Part shown: positions 62,626 to 64,000 of the stretch, in pieces | Layout: each line of letters starts with the position of its first letter | Position numbering within the stretch: the first letter of the stretch is position 1 | Assembly (NCBI RefSeq): GCF_006345805.1 | Contig: NC_043002.1 | Location: 93,310,001-93,374,000 of the forward strand | Direction: 5' to 3' | DNA from: Octopus sinensis | Taxonomy: Eukaryota | Length of the DNA: 64,000 bases | Notes under the pieces: generated by a model | The model's input: only the letters and a program-made list of their open reading frames with translations | Told to the model about the DNA's origin: nothing | Databases searched by the model: none | Made by a program: the position numbers and the translations under genes

Positions 62626-64000
62626 CAGCAGAACCTCGCAATATGAGCGCATCTTTGACTGAGTAATTTGCTGCATGAGCCGAGGCTTGTGCGAATTTTT
62701 GTCTTGAAGTATGAGCAGAAACTTACAGTATGAGTGAGTTTCATACAGGCAAACGCCAGTTGGTGCTGAGCTTGCACACACTCTCCCAACAAGCACAGCC
62801 TCTGCTTGCTCACTTCATGTGTTTATCTCATTGTGGCAGCATCTCTGTTGTGTTTTTCCCAGTGTTTTTGTTTAGTTTTGTGCATTTTTTTTGTTATTAT
62901 TTTATAAGAATTAGTTGTGTTAGCCATGGGTCCTAAGAAGGTTAGTGCAAAGGACAGTGATGAGAAGAAGAATAAAACTGATTACGATAGAATTGAAGAA
63001 GGAAATTATTGATAAACATGGGAGAGGAGTATGTGTAGTGGACTTAGTACATCAATATGACAGAAGCACATCAACAATCTGCACCATCCTAAAGAAAAAG
63101 GATGCGATCAAGGCTGTTACAGCAGCAAAGGTTGTCTCCAGGTTCTCTAAGCAATGCACATCTGTTCACAAAAGAATGGAAAAATTGCTTCTCTCGTAGA
63201 TCAACGAGAAGCAACTCACAGGGGATATGATTACAGAGACCATCATCTGCAAGAAAGAACAAGCGCTGTATGGGGATCTCCTGAAGCAGAATCCTGGAAC
63301 ATCGACAGAGGAGACATTAGCAGATGTGTTTACGGCCAGTCGCGACTGGTTTGATAATTTCAAGAAGACAACCGGTGTTCATAGCGTTGTCAGGTATGAA
63401 GTGGTGAGTTCTGACTCAAAAGCAGCTGAAGATTTCATGCATGAATTCCATCAGCTCATCACAGCCAAGGGGTACATCACACCACAGGTATTCAACTGTG
63501 ATGAAACTGTCCTTTTTGGTAAAAAAAATTCCCTGAAGAACTTATATAACTTCAGAGGAGAAGATGCCAGGCCACAAACCTATGAAAGATAAGCTAACTT
63601 TCGCCCTGTGTGCCAATGTGAGTGGAGACTTGCAGATTAAGCCGCTTCTTGCCTAGCATTCCAAAAACCTATGAGTGTTGAAGTCATACAAAATCCTGAA
63701 GGAGAAGCTGCAGGTCATGTAGAGGGCAAAATGTTAAGGCCTGGGTCACTAGGCAATTCTTCTCCAAGTGGATCAACCTTGTCTTTGGACCAGCAGTGAA
63801 AAAGTACCTTTTGGAGAACAGTCTTCCTCTCAAGGCCCTTCTCACCCTTGACAATGCTTCTGCTTACCCTCCTAATTTCTAAGATGATATCCTGGACCAA
63901 TTTAAATCCATAAAGTTTTGTACCTTCCACAAAATACCACCCCTATCTTGCAGCCCATGGACCAGCAGATGACTTCTAATTTTATGAAATTGTATACCAA
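62626..64000 (+). mobile_element. Tigger/pogo (CENP-B-like) DNA transposon with a disrupted transposase starting at ATG 62926; runs off the window
   Basis: TA|cagcagaacctcg TIR; MGPKKVS.., ITIELKKEII, FTASRDWFDNFKK, QVFNCDET, KALLTLDNA motifs with stops and frameshifts. Confidence 0.9.

Overview
AT-rich, repeat-saturated animal genomic DNA. The repeat inventory suggests a coleoid cephalopod, probably Octopus; this is recognition from memory, not a search result. No host protein-coding gene could be identified with confidence, so the window looks intronic or intergenic. Labels used below: family A = 5'-truncated copies of an RTE LINE 3' UTR ending in ccatgctagcatgg..ggacgttaaac(gat)n; B = tRNA-like-head SINE with an internal (TA)n/(TG)n tract and a ..tgactgaaacaagtaaaaga tail; C = SINE starting ggcggcgagctggcagaa with a gcctttcatcctttcggggtcgat core; D/E = SINEs with a ggaggcgcaatggcccagtggttag-type head. 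Coding relics: an RTE reverse transcriptase (59.4-61.1 kb), other RTE fragments, three Helitron helicase fragments, a Tigger/pogo transposase (62.9 kb to window end) and a probable decayed Ty3/Gypsy integrase. Also present: non-autonomous Helitrons, GG-start MITEs with 8-bp TSDs, TTAA MITEs, a foldback hairpin, 63-64, 95, 157 and about 700-bp tandem repeats, and a hammerhead-like motif. I did not find a clearly new enzymatic system. The strongest leads are mechanistic: SINE self-targeting, an internally deleted RTE, a modular LINE 3' UTR, and a CpG-retaining domain that may mark a promoter.
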